Shown: positions 1 to 10,186 of the stretch, piece by piece
How positions within the stretch are numbered: the stretch's first letter is position 1
How the letters are laid out: each line of letters starts with the position of its first letter
NCBI RefSeq assembly: GCF_000284455.1
Contig: NC_017039.1
Coordinates: 120,001 to 152,000, forward strand
Source: Synechocystis sp. PCC 6803 substr. PCC-P
GTDB lineage: Bacteria > Cyanobacteriota > Cyanobacteriia > Cyanobacteriales > Microcystaceae
Direction of reading: 5' to 3'
Length of the DNA: 32,000 bases
The notes under the pieces: generated by a model
What the model was told of the DNA's origin: nothing
Seen by the model: only the letters and a program-made list of their open reading frames with translations
Databases searched by the model: none
Program-made: the position numbers and the translations under genes

Positions 1-297
1 CAATTCTACCCCTAGCCTTGCTGCTGCGCTGATTTGGTGGGCTGGAACCTTCACTGTCCGGGGGTTAGCTTATATTAAGAATGTGATAATGAATGTTTCC
101 GCATTCTTGAAGGGATATGGCAAATGCCAAGACAGAGGTGGGATTTATTTCTGTAGGTAAACTGTGATGACCGTCATAATTTCCAAATTTCGAAACAATG
201 ATCATTGACCGTTTACGTTTAGCTCATCGTTATGGGTTGGGATTGGTTGTCCTCATTCCCGTAGTGGCGATTTAGGAGGGAATATCTTCTTAGAAGG

Positions 298-537
298 CTA
301 AGGGTTGGGGAAAAATGCAAACTTTGTCAAAATCCCCAGAAGTGCAATAAACATCCCCGAAATGAGAACCCATAAGCGGTTGTCCTGTTTATCAGCCTGT
401 TTTTTGAGGTCTGATAGGTTGGATTCTATTGCATTTAACCTTTCATCGATCCGAGCCTGATTAACGTCGATTTTTTTATCAAGCCCATTGATTAAGTCTT
501 TCAGTTCCTGTAGATCGGAATCAGTTATGGTTGCCAT
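298..537 (-). CDS. Small hypothetical protein: coiled-coil-like N-terminus plus one C-terminal transmembrane helix
   Basis: 79-aa ORF; charged/heptad-like segment (LKDLINGLDKKIDVNQARIDERLNAIESNLSDLKKQADKQ) followed by hydrophobic LWVLISGMFIALLGILTKFAFF. Confidence 0.6.
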   Translation of the reverse strand: MATITDSDLQELKDLINGLDKKIDVNQARIDERLNAIESNLSDLKKQADKQDNRLWVLISGMFIALLGILTKFAFFPNP

Positions 538-718
538 GATGAGTTAGACTCCTTGTAGACATTAGATGTTGGATTTTTGCCCCTAGATGGAGAGAGTTTA
601 CAGCTTCTTCTTTTCTGCTTTTAGGGTAACGGATCAGACTCGGTCCCACGACTGCTATCAAACTATGTGACCCTTTTTGATGGTGAAAGAGTAAGAATCA
701 CATAACAACTTCTTCCCT

Positions 719-1660
719 ATGTTCCTCCCTTCCCCTAACAATTTATCTGGGCTTAACCAAAATATCCTCGAAGAACTTCTGCGGGATAAAAGATCGCCTA
801 ATACCAGGAGGACCTATGCCAAAGCGTTAAAGGATTTTTTTCTCACCATGGCCGGCGAAGAACCGTCCCCAGATGTCATTGCCTGGTTTTTGAGCTTGGA
901 TCATTTCCAGGCGATCGCCATGGTTTTACGCTATCGAGCAGAGTTACTAGCCAAGGATCTCAAACCAGCCACCATTAATGTGCGATTGGCAGCAATTAAA
1001 AGCCTAGTGAACTATGCCCGGCGGGTAGGAAAATGCCAGTACACCCTAGAAGATGTGGAAGGTTTAAAAGCAGAAACCTATCGGGATACCACCGGAGTTA
1101 GTCCCACTTCCTTCAAACAAATCACCGACCACATTACCCCTGATTCCCTCAAAGGTAAGCGGGATTTAGCCATTATGCGTTTGCTCTGGGACAATGCCCT
1201 GCGGCGGGCGGAAGTTTGTGGACTTAACGTCGGGGACTATCAACCAACAGAGCGGCAATTACTAATTAAAGGCAAAGGAAAATTAGGCAAACAGGCCATC
1301 ACCCTCAGCGCCAAGGGCATGGCTTTAATCAACCAATGGTTAACTGCCATTGGCCCCCGCCCAAAAAATGAACCCCTATTTTGCACCCTAGACCGGGCAA
1401 CTTTTGGCCATCGTCTTAGTGGCAATGCCATCTATAACCTTGTCCGCACCAGTGCCGAATCCGCCGGCATTCATAAAGTTATGAGTCCCCACCGAGTCCG
1501 CCACAGCGCCATCACCGCCGCCCTAGAAGCCACCAATGGCGATACCCGCAAAGTGCAAAAACTCAGTCGCCACAGCAATCTAAATACTCTGATGATCTAC
1601 GACGATAACCGTCACCAGCACCAGGCTCAAATCACTGATATTCTGGCGGATCTGCTCTAA
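719..1660 (+). CDS. Tyrosine recombinase / phage-type integrase (XerC/D-like)
   Basis: 313 aa; N-terminal SAM-like region (NTRRTYAKALKDFF) and catalytic-domain motifs: ALRRAEVCGLNVGD, SPHRVRHSAITAAL, LSRHSNLNTLMIYDD (R...HxxR...H...Y). Confidence 0.9.
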   Translation: MFLPSPNNLSGLNQNILEELLRDKRSPNTRRTYAKALKDFFLTMAGEEPSPDVIAWFLSLDHFQAIAMVLRYRAELLAKDLKPATINVRLAAIKSLVNYARRVGKCQYTLEDVEGLKAETYRDTTGVSPTSFKQITDHITPDSLKGKRDLAIMRLLWDNALRRAEVCGLNVGDYQPTERQLLIKGKGKLGKQAITLSAKGMALINQWLTAIGPRPKNEPLFCTLDRATFGHRLSGNAIYNLVRTSAESAGIHKVMSPHRVRHSAITAALEATNGDTRKVQKLSRHSNLNTLMIYDDNRHQHQAQITDILADLL

Positions 1661-1705
1661 ATTTTCTGGCTTATGGGAGAAATTACCGAAATTTCTTCAA
1701 TTTTT

Positions 1706-1990
1706 CTAGCCAAACTTTTCCATCATCGTTTTAGCCCGTTTATGGTTGGCGATCGCCTGACGAAATTCAGCCTTCTGCTTAGCCTGTTCCAGAATTGCAG
1801 TCCAGGCCTCTTTGTCCTCTATATAGTGTTCGAATAAAGCCTCAAATAAAACTTCCCTGCTCAAACCTTCCTTCGCACAGAGCTTGGTGAGCCGCTCCAT
1901 CATCTTGCTCTCCAGGCGAATGGTGGTCTGCTTGGTGGAAAAATTTTTGCTGACTTTGCTCACAGAATTTAAGTTACTAGACTTCGACAT
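1706..1990 (-). CDS. Small hypothetical protein with ribbon-helix-helix-like segment
   Basis: 94 aa; TTIRLESKMMERLTKLCAKEGLSREVLFEALFEHYIED resembles RHH DNA-binding proteins; convergent with the integrase. Confidence 0.55.
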   Translation of the reverse strand: MSKSSNLNSVSKVSKNFSTKQTTIRLESKMMERLTKLCAKEGLSREVLFEALFEHYIEDKEAWTAILEQAKQKAEFRQAIANHKRAKTMMEKFG

Positions 1991-2286
1991 ACTTAAAGTT
2001 TTTGAATAATTTACAATTGCTTGCCTAAGTTTACAGTAATCTACTAGCTTTTAATTTTTATAGTCTAGATACCTAGATAACTAAAATTCTAAACTCTTAA
2101 GTTAAAGTATTTAAGATATTTATAATTCTAGCAACTAAGGTTGCTTTTGACAAAATTTTTTCTACTATCGACCGGGCGAAAGATGAAAGGTTATTTACTG
2201 GGAGACGGGGTCAAGGACGTTTTGAGGTGAGAGCAAAATCGAGATCTGCCCTATGATCAAGATTCGAGCAACAGAGAAACTAACCT

Positions 2287-3405
2287 ATGCCAAACATTGC
2301 CGTTATTGGGGCGGGGGTTGTAGGGGCCGCCATCGCCTATGAGCTGAGTCTCATGTCAGGCTTAACTATTGACCTGTTTGATGCCCAAGAACCAGCCCAG
2401 GGAGCTACCGGAGCGGCTCTAGGCATTTTGATGGCAGTCATTAGCCAGAAAACCAAGGGCAGGGGTTGGCGATTACGGGAACAGAGTTTACAGAGATACC
2501 GCACGCTTTTACCGGAACTAGAAACTGCCACAGGCAAAACCATTCCCGGCGATCGCCAAGGCTTAGTAAAAATTCTGCTGGAGGCGGATTGGTCCCGTTG
2601 GCAACAATTGCAAGCTGTCCGTCGGAGCCAAGGCTATCCTCTGGAATTGTGGACTAGGCCGGAAGTTGAGCAGAAATTATCTGGTTGGCCTTTGGGTTAC
2701 GGGCCCATCGCCGGAGCAATCTATTCCCCTTGGGATTGGCAAATTCAGCCCCAAGCCCTCACCCAACGATTAATTGAAGCAGCTCAACAACGGGGAGTGC
2801 GTTGTCATTTCCACCAAGCTGCTCATCCTTTGCCTGTTGCCGATTCTATCAATCACTGCCAGAACATTCAAACTAACCAAGCCAAATTTCCAACGGATTA
2901 TGTTGTGATCACCGCAGGGCTAGGCAGTAACCTCCTGATCAACCCCAACAGCGATAACAATGAGTCGTTGCAGTTACAGCCGGTGATTGGCCAAGCCTTT
3001 TTGTTGCAACTTGCTGATGCTGATAATCCCCTGAAAAATTCTCCTTGGCGATCGGTCCTGACCACTGAAGATATTCACCTAGTTCCCCTGGCCAATGGCC
3101 AATTTTGGTTGGGGGCCACCGTCGAATTTCCCTCTGACTGTGCCAACGGAGAACCCAATGTCCAACTAAGGGAAAACCTTTGGCACCAGGCGATCGCCTA
3201 TTATCCATTTTTGGAACGGGCGGAAATTATTAATTATTGGAGTGGTAAACGTCCCCGGCCGGTGGGGGAAAGTGCGCCAGTAATCCGTCCCCTAGATGGC
3301 TATGACAATGTTCTATTGGCCACTGGCCATTACCGCAATGGCGTTCTCCTCGCCCCAGGTACAGCCCAGGAAGTAAAAACTTGGTTGAAGGCAAAGTTAG
3401 CCTAG
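2287..3405 (+). CDS. FAD-dependent amino-acid (DAO/glycine oxidase-like) oxidoreductase
   Basis: N-terminal Rossmann motif IAVIGAGVVGAAIAYELS and C-terminal ATGHYRNGVLLAPGTAQ typical of the DAO/ThiO family. Confidence 0.85.
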   Translation: MPNIAVIGAGVVGAAIAYELSLMSGLTIDLFDAQEPAQGATGAALGILMAVISQKTKGRGWRLREQSLQRYRTLLPELETATGKTIPGDRQGLVKILLEADWSRWQQLQAVRRSQGYPLELWTRPEVEQKLSGWPLGYGPIAGAIYSPWDWQIQPQALTQRLIEAAQQRGVRCHFHQAAHPLPVADSINHCQNIQTNQAKFPTDYVVITAGLGSNLLINPNSDNNESLQLQPVIGQAFLLQLADADNPLKNSPWRSVLTTEDIHLVPLANGQFWLGATVEFPSDCANGEPNVQLRENLWHQAIAYYPFLERAEIINYWSGKRPRPVGESAPVIRPLDGYDNVLLATGHYRNGVLLAPGTAQEVKTWLKAKLA

Positions 3406-3474
3406 ACAACAGACCGCATCCTAGGCCGGAGGGAAGTTCTAAGTTCAGTGTGAATAGCGTAAATTTTCCACTTA

Positions 3475-4420
3475 TAGTAGTTTCAAATAAAGCTGAGACG
3501 CTAAACGCCACAGTAAGAACGGATAATTTCATCAAGAGACGTGTCAATAGGAGCGTACATTCTAGCTCGTTTCAAGGCACTAAAGTCATGCTCAATATCA
3601 TTTAAATCAGGAGAATATTTCGGCAAAAAAAGAACTTCATGACCTGCTTCTTTAGCCAATTCTTTAATGGCAGTTTTACGATGAATAGGAGCATTATCCA
3701 TTATTAATATTGATGGAATGTCGAGGGAGGGTAGCAAATATAATTTTAACCATCCTTCAAAGCCTTCTGCATTCAAACTCCCGGTAAAAACCATCGGCGC
3801 AATCAAATCTTTTTTTCCTTTTCTTCTCCCTGCTACTAGATTTTCTCTGACTCCCCTTTTTCCTTGTCTATCTCCATAAACTTTTTTTCCTTTTTTTGAC
3901 CAGGCATAAATACAAGCCTGGATTGCTTCGAATCCAGATTCATCTATGTAAACTATAGCTTGACTACCATAGAGCTTAATTAGTTCTCTTAACATTCTAT
4001 AGTACTTAACTCGTTCCTCCCGGTTTCTTTCTCGATAACGTAGTTCTTTTTTTTTCTGTTTATTTTCATTTTCTTTAATGCGTAATATACGGCACTCGGC
4101 CTCACTCCAAATTTCTTGGCTCTGTCTATCAATCTTGCATCGGGATTTTCTTCTACGTCTTTTTTTAGAGCTTCCCAGTCTAATTTCCTATGGCGACGCT
4201 CTACTTTTGTTGGGCTTAAATCTACTCTATTTAACCATCTGTATATCGAGGCTTTTCCTATTTTATATATCTTGGAAGCCTCAGTTATTTTTCCTCCAGC
4301 TTCTATATAAGCTACTACCCTTTGCCTTAAATCTAAACTGTAAGCCATTGTTTAAACCTGTTCATTTTGTACACTCCATAATTTTACATTAAATTCTCTC
4401 ATCGTTAATTGAAATGACTA
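3475..4420 (-). mobile_element. ISY100-like insertion sequence (IS630-Tc1/mariner family), 946 bp, flanked by TA duplications
   Basis: Left end TATAGTAGTTTCAAATAAAGCTGAGAC and reverse complement of right end TATAGTCATTTCAATTAACGATGAGAG match at most positions; TA at 3473-3474 and 4421-4422; transposase fills the interior. Confidence 0.92.
3501..4348 (-). CDS. IS630/Tc1-mariner-type transposase, encoded in two overlapping frames (3989..4348 then 3501..3995)
   Basis: HTH part MAYSLDLRQRVVAYIEAGGKITEASKIYKIGKASIYRW and DDE part VYIDESGFE...LIMDNAPIHR...LPKYSPDLNDIEHDFSALK. A -1 frameshift at the A9 tract (4047-4055) joins them into 282 aa. Confidence 0.9.
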
Positions 4421-4451
4421 TACTTTGGGATCAGGGTTGTCAAAGCGAAAC

Positions 4452-6443
4452 CTAGCCCACCACCATCAACATGGATTGATACACGGCCAGATCAAACCAA
4501 AAAGTAGTACCCACCCCCACCTCACTGACTAAATGGATTTGGCTTTGATGTTTGGCAATGATATTTTTGACAATGGAAAGCCCCAACCCAGTACCCTCCA
4601 AAGTGTGAACCCGGTTTTCCACCCGATAGAACCGCTCAAAAATGGCCGCCTGATCCTCTGGGTCAATGCCGATGCCAGTGTCAGAAATTTCCACCCGTAC
4701 TAGGCCAGGACCATCCTCTGCTCTAAGGTTACTACGGTGGAGGGGATAGGCTCGGACAATGATTTTTCCGCCGGCTTTAGTGAATTTAAACGAATTACCA
4801 ATTAAATTGGTCATTACCTGCAGGAGTAGGTCGTAGTTACCCAGAGCGAAGGGGAGATCCGGGTCCAAAATTTTTTCTAACTGTAGTTGTTTGTCCTTAG
4901 CATTAAGTTGGTAACTACGTAAGCTTTGTTCAATTAGCTGGTACAAATCAACTGCATCTAACTGGTAAATTTTGGAAGACTCTAGCTTGGATAAATCAAG
5001 GACATCGTTAACCAAACGACTCAGGCGATCGGTTTCGTGGTTAGCGGTTTCTAGGAATTCTTTACGCTCCACTTCGCTCAAATCTTCCCCAAACTCACTC
5101 AAGGTTTCAATGAAGGATTTGATATTAAACAAGGGAGTTCGTAATTCGTGGGAAACATTGCTAATGAACTGACTTTTGGCTTCATTTAATTCCACTTCCC
5201 TAGTAATATCCTGCACCATCATGACAATGCCCCGTAAATTTTCCCTGTTCTGATCCAACACCTGGGTCAACATCAGACGAATGGTGCGGGGAAACGGTTG
5301 GGTCAGGCTAATGCGAAATTCTTCCGGGGCGTAGGTTTTATCCTGCTCCTCTTCCTGAGGCCCATGGCCGGGGGAAAACAGCAAACTTCCTTGGTCAGCG
5401 GCCAATTCCCTCAGGGGTTGGGTAAGTTGGGCCGTGATTTCCGGTGGCAAATTTTCCAGGAGATTTTCGCCAATAATTGGCTTATTTTCCCAGGCGAATA
5501 GGCGACGGGCAGTGGGATTGACCAACAAAAGTTGCAAATTGGTGTCCACTAACATGGCCCCATCGGCGATCGTGGAAACAAGGGTGTCTAGCTTCGCCTT
5601 CTCCGCAGTCAACTCTTCAATATTTTGGGCTTCATAACGCTCCAGCCGCTCCGCCATCTCGTTGAAGTTAACGATTAATTCCCCCAATTCTCCCCCAAAG
5701 GGCAAGGTGATTCTCTGCTTGAAGTTCCCAGCAGCGATGTTCTTTACTCCTAGCAGCAGTTCTTTAATGGGCTGGGTAATAGTTAGGGCATTGAATACAG
5801 CTCCGAGAATTACCATCACCCAAATGGAAATAAAAACTGCAATGGTCACATCCCTGGTTAGGTTAGAAGAGTTGACCGCAGCGGGGTTGGGGTTGATACC
5901 AATCGCCAGAACTCCGAGGAACTTGCCCTGGTATTGGAGGGGAATAAACACATCGGTGACATCGCCATTGGGAGTGTGGTGTTGCCGTACAAAAGGCTGG
6001 TCAAAATTATGGGGATCAATCTGGGGTAATTCGATGCGCCGCTCTAGGGTGAGGGAGTTTTGAACCGTTTCTTCAGAGTAGGGAATACCAAAAAAGATCT
6101 TGCCAGAGGGGTCCGCATAGATCATGTAGCGGATATTAGAAGTATTTTCGTAAAAGCGACTGGAAAACCGGGCCACCTCCGTCAGATTTTTATCCGCAAT
6201 CATAGGGGCAACATTGGCCGCCAACAACAAACCCACATCCCGGCCAAAACGGGTATTCACCAATTGGGCATCCTCTTGGATCGTATTTACTGCCCAAAAA
6301 GTTAGCCCACTCATTAACAGGGACACCACCAAGGTGGCCGCGGCCATCAACCGGGTTTGTAGGTTGAACTCAGACCACCATTTACGCAGAAAACCCTGCA
6401 TAGTCTGCAAAATCGCCGTTGGATTGGACACAGAAGTCCCCAT
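4452..6443 (-). CDS. hik33: Membrane sensor histidine kinase with HAMP and PAS domains (Hik33 / DspA / NblS)
   Basis: 663 aa; TM helices, HAMP (ITQPIKELLLGVKNIAAGNFKQRI), PAS, H-box SNVSHELRTPLFNIKSF, N box NLIGNSFKFTKAGG, G boxes ISDTGIGI and GTGLGLSIVKNI. Confidence 0.93.
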   Translation of the reverse strand: MGTSVSNPTAILQTMQGFLRKWWSEFNLQTRLMAAATLVVSLLMSGLTFWAVNTIQEDAQLVNTRFGRDVGLLLAANVAPMIADKNLTEVARFSSRFYENTSNIRYMIYADPSGKIFFGIPYSEETVQNSLTLERRIELPQIDPHNFDQPFVRQHHTPNGDVTDVFIPLQYQGKFLGVLAIGINPNPAAVNSSNLTRDVTIAVFISIWVMVILGAVFNALTITQPIKELLLGVKNIAAGNFKQRITLPFGGELGELIVNFNEMAERLERYEAQNIEELTAEKAKLDTLVSTIADGAMLVDTNLQLLLVNPTARRLFAWENKPIIGENLLENLPPEITAQLTQPLRELAADQGSLLFSPGHGPQEEEQDKTYAPEEFRISLTQPFPRTIRLMLTQVLDQNRENLRGIVMMVQDITREVELNEAKSQFISNVSHELRTPLFNIKSFIETLSEFGEDLSEVERKEFLETANHETDRLSRLVNDVLDLSKLESSKIYQLDAVDLYQLIEQSLRSYQLNAKDKQLQLEKILDPDLPFALGNYDLLLQVMTNLIGNSFKFTKAGGKIIVRAYPLHRSNLRAEDGPGLVRVEISDTGIGIDPEDQAAIFERFYRVENRVHTLEGTGLGLSIVKNIIAKHQSQIHLVSEVGVGTTFWFDLAVYQSMLMVVG

Positions 6444-6551
6444 AATCTCCTTGCCAAAACTCCTATGATTCTATCTCGATTACACCAACCTACTGGGCGT
6501 TCTAACAGAGATGCTCTACCCATTGTCCTGGGGAGCAGAATTTGGTGAAAT

Positions 6552-6569
6552 GTTACAGTTCTTGACAAA
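6552..6569 (+). promoter_or_regulatory. HLR1-like element (RpaB-type site) upstream of psaD
   Basis: GTTACAGTTCTTGACAAA resembles the HLR1 direct repeat (G/T)TTACA(T/A)(T/A)NN(G/T)TTACA(T/A)(T/A) with mismatches; 70-87 bp upstream of the psaD ATG. Confidence 0.55.
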
Positions 6570-6620
6570 GCCAGATGGTAACCGTAGGTCAGTGGTAGGA
6601 TTCCCTAAAATACCTTATGA

Positions 6621-7064
<444 letters not shown>

Positions 7065-7185
7065 TTCCTGGCTCTACTTGCTTGCGGAACTTGCACAATT
7101 GGCAGAAGTTTAACTAACGGGCGAATTTGTTAAAGGCACTACTGAACCTTTGACAGTTCGCTCTTTCAATGTTGGCAAAGGTTTT

Positions 7186-8712
7186 ATGATTTCCCCTGGG
7201 TTTTCTCACTTCACTGAACTCGCCCAACAAGGCAATTTTATTCCGGTGTATCAGGAATGGGTGGCGGATTTAGAAACGCCAGTTTCTGCTTGGTACAAAG
7301 TTTGCTCTAGCCAACCCTACAATTTTCTCCTGGAGTCGGTGGAAGGGGGAGAGAGTATTGGTCGCTATAGTTTTCTCGGTTGCGACCCCATGTGGGTGCT
7401 AGAAGCCAGGGGCGACGAAACTACCCAAGTTTTACGCAATGGGCAAACGGAAACCTTTCGGGGTAATCCCCTCGATATTTTGTCCCAATGTTTGGAATCA
7501 ATCCGTCCGGTGAATTTACCCCAACTACCTCCGGGCATTGGTGGGCTGTTTGGGGTTTGGGGTTATGAGCTGATTCGTTGGATGGAACCCAGGGTTCCTG
7601 TGTATGAACCCCAGCCGGAAGATCCACCCGATGGCATTTGGATGCAGGTGGACCATCTCCTCATTTTCGACCAGGTCAAACGCAAAATTTGGGCGATTGC
7701 CTTTGCGGATTTGCGGGGGGAAAATGTTGATTTGGAAACTGCCTATCGCAATGCTTGTCAACGGGTGACGAAATTAGTCCTGCAATTACAATTACCTCTG
7801 CCGCCGGAAGCCACCGCCCTGGAACTGCTCACCAAAACCCAACTTGAGGGTAAGGAACTGAACTACAGCAGTAATACGGAGCAAGAAAAGTTTTTAGAAG
7901 AAGTGGCGATCGCCAAGGATTACATCACAGCGGGGGACATTTTCCAGGTGGTGCTTTCCCAAAGACTTTCCACTATTTACCGGGATGATCCCTTCAAGCT
8001 CTACCGTTCCCTCAGGCTGATTAATCCTTCCCCCTACATGGCTTATTACAACTTTGGCCATTGGCAAATTATTGGCTCTAGCCCGGAGGTGATGGTCAAA
8101 GCCGATCGCCAACTGGATGGCAAATTAATGGCCACGGTACGCCCCATTGCTGGCACCAGACCCAGGGGCAAAACCCACCCAGAGGATGAACAGTTAGCCG
8201 AAGAATTGCTGAACGATCCCAAAGAAATCGCCGAACACGTCATGCTGGTGGATTTGGGTCGCAATGATTTGGGACGGGTTTGCGTTCAGGGCTCAGTCAA
8301 AGTGAATGAGTTGATGGTGATTGAACGTTATTCCCACGTCATGCACATAGTCAGTAACGTAGTGGGAGAACTGGCATCGGATAAAACCGCCTGGGATCTT
8401 TTGAAAGCTTGTTTTCCCGCTGGCACCGTCAGTGGTGCACCGAAAATTAGGGCCATGGAAATTATTAACGAGCTGGAACCGGAACGGCGGGGGCCCTACT
8501 CCGGAGTCTATGGCTACTATGATTTTGAAGGCCAGTTAAATACGGCGATCGCCATTCGGACCATGGTGGTGCAGGAACAGCCAGATGGAGCCCATCGGGT
8601 GTCGGTGCAGACCGGAGCTGGCATTGTGGCCGATTCCGATCCCCAAAAAGAGTATGAGGAAACTTTAAATAAAGCGAGGGGACTTTTGGAAGCCATTCGT
8701 GCCTTGTCCTAG
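7186..8712 (+). CDS. trpE: Anthranilate synthase component I (TrpE-like)
   Basis: ORF 7150..8712; likely start ATG at 7186 (MISPGFSHFTELA). Chorismate-binding motifs TVRPIAGTRPRGKT, LVDLGRNDLGRV, FPAGTVSGAPKIRAMEII, YSGVYGYYDFEGQLNTAIAIRTM. Confidence 0.93.
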   Translation: MISPGFSHFTELAQQGNFIPVYQEWVADLETPVSAWYKVCSSQPYNFLLESVEGGESIGRYSFLGCDPMWVLEARGDETTQVLRNGQTETFRGNPLDILSQCLESIRPVNLPQLPPGIGGLFGVWGYELIRWMEPRVPVYEPQPEDPPDGIWMQVDHLLIFDQVKRKIWAIAFADLRGENVDLETAYRNACQRVTKLVLQLQLPLPPEATALELLTKTQLEGKELNYSSNTEQEKFLEEVAIAKDYITAGDIFQVVLSQRLSTIYRDDPFKLYRSLRLINPSPYMAYYNFGHWQIIGSSPEVMVKADRQLDGKLMATVRPIAGTRPRGKTHPEDEQLAEELLNDPKEIAEHVMLVDLGRNDLGRVCVQGSVKVNELMVIERYSHVMHIVSNVVGELASDKTAWDLLKACFPAGTVSGAPKIRAMEIINELEPERRGPYSGVYGYYDFEGQLNTAIAIRTMVVQEQPDGAHRVSVQTGAGIVADSDPQKEYEETLNKARGLLEAIRALS

Positions 8713-8801
8713 GTTTCTTCCATCACCCCTACCTGTAAAATGGGCTCTAGTTGCCGCTCCCGGCCATTGCCCAACCCCGTTATTTAGTATCCAGTGACAG
8801 T

Positions 8802-9710
8802 ATGGTTGCCCAACAAACACGAACCGACTTTGATTTAGCCCAATACTTACAAGTTAAAAAAGGTGTGGTCGAGGCAGCCCTGGATAGTTCCCTGGCGATC
8901 GCCCGGCCGGAAAAGATTTACGAAGCCATGCGTTATTCTCTGTTGGCGGGGGGCAAACGATTGCGACCGATTTTATGCATTACGGCCTGCGAACTGTGTG
9001 GCGGTGATGAAGCCCTGGCCTTGCCCACGGCCTGTGCCCTGGAAATGATCCACACCATGTCCCTCATCCATGATGATTTGCCCTCCATGGATAATGACGA
9101 TTTCCGCCGGGGTAAACCCACTAACCACAAAGTGTACGGGGAAGACATTGCCATTTTGGCCGGGGATGGACTGCTAGCCTATGCGTTTGAGTATGTAGTT
9201 ACCCACACCCCCCAGGCTGATCCCCAAGCTTTACTCCAAGTTATTGCCCGTTTGGGTCGCACGGTGGGGGCCGCCGGTTTAGTGGGGGGACAAGTTCTAG
9301 ACCTGGAATCGGAGGGGCGCACTGACATCACCCCGGAAACCCTAACTTTTATCCATACCCATAAAACCGGGGCATTGCTGGAAGCTTCCGTGCTCACAGG
9401 CGCAATTTTGGCCGGGGCCACTGGGGAACAACAACAGAGACTGGCCCGCTATGCCCAGAATATTGGCTTAGCTTTTCAAGTGGTGGATGACATCCTCGAC
9501 ATCACCGCCACCCAGGAAGAGTTGGGTAAAACCGCTGGTAAAGATGTCAAAGCCCAAAAAGCCACCTATCCCAGTCTCCTCGGTTTGGAAGCTTCCCGGG
9601 CCCAGGCCCAAAGTTTGATTGACCAGGCCATTGTCGCCCTGGAACCCTTTGGCCCCTCCGCCGAGCCCCTCCAGGCGATCGCCGAATATATTGTTGCCAG
9701 AAAATATTGA
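8802..9710 (+). CDS. crtE: Geranylgeranyl diphosphate synthase
   Basis: [27 protein letters not shown] and second Asp-rich motif [14 protein letters not shown]; in-frame ATG at 8802 gives 302 aa. Confidence 0.94.
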   Translation: MVAQQTRTDFDLAQYLQVKKGVVEAALDSSLAIARPEKIYEAMRYSLLAGGKRLRPILCITACELCGGDEALALPTACALEMIHTMSLIHDDLPSMDNDDFRRGKPTNHKVYGEDIAILAGDGLLAYAFEYVVTHTPQADPQALLQVIARLGRTVGAAGLVGGQVLDLESEGRTDITPETLTFIHTHKTGALLEASVLTGAILAGATGEQQQRLARYAQNIGLAFQVVDDILDITATQEELGKTAGKDVKAQKATYPSLLGLEASRAQAQSLIDQAIVALEPFGPSAEPLQAIAEYIVARKY

Positions 9711-9772
9711 TCCCTTGCCTCAAACTAATTTCCCGTTAAGCTAGGGACAGTTTTATCTGTTCATTGCATTAA

Positions 9773-10186
9773 TTGAACTCACTACTCACCATGCTGGGAA
9801 ATTTTCAACATAGCCAACTCCGCATTGAAGTGGAAGCAACGGCACCGGTAATTCGGGACAGCTTAACCAAAATTCCCCAACTGCGGCAATGGTTAGCCCC
9901 CCTCCCCCTGGGAGAAGGTTTGCCGGAGCGATTGATCCCCGGTGTTACGCTCCACACTGGTGTGGGTTTAGCCACATTAACCCAAACGGTGGACCGGGTA
10001 GGGGATGACCATTTGCGTCTCATACTCAGTGGGACCATTGACGGTTTCCATGAATGGTACTGGGGCGATGGTTGGGTCCAATCCCGTTTGGAAGGTATTT
10101 CCCTGTTGCCCCTAAATTTAGGCCAGACCCTTAGTTTACTCAAGCTAAAGCAATTTGTTACCACCGTTAAAAGCCCAGTCGTTTAA
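9773..10186 (+). CDS. Conserved hypothetical protein (possibly SRPBCC-like)
   Basis: 137-aa ORF starting at an in-frame ATG/TTG region; HIP1-flanked; overlaps the convergent neighbour by 20 bp at the 3' end. Confidence 0.6.
   Translation: MNSLLTMLGNFQHSQLRIEVEATAPVIRDSLTKIPQLRQWLAPLPLGEGLPERLIPGVTLHTGVGLATLTQTVDRVGDDHLRLILSGTIDGFHEWYWGDGWVQSRLEGISLLPLNLGQTLSLLKLKQFVTTVKSPVV

Noticed and set aside
1-297. Short ORFs such as MIIDRLRLAHRYGLGLGCPHSRSGDLGGNIFLEG in the left flank
   Set aside because: No recognisable family, weak ribosome-binding context; cannot be separated from chance.
4078-4392. 104-aa plus-strand ORF inside the insertion sequence
   Set aside because: Antisense to the transposase HTH region; hydrophobic repetitive translation from AT-rich DNA.
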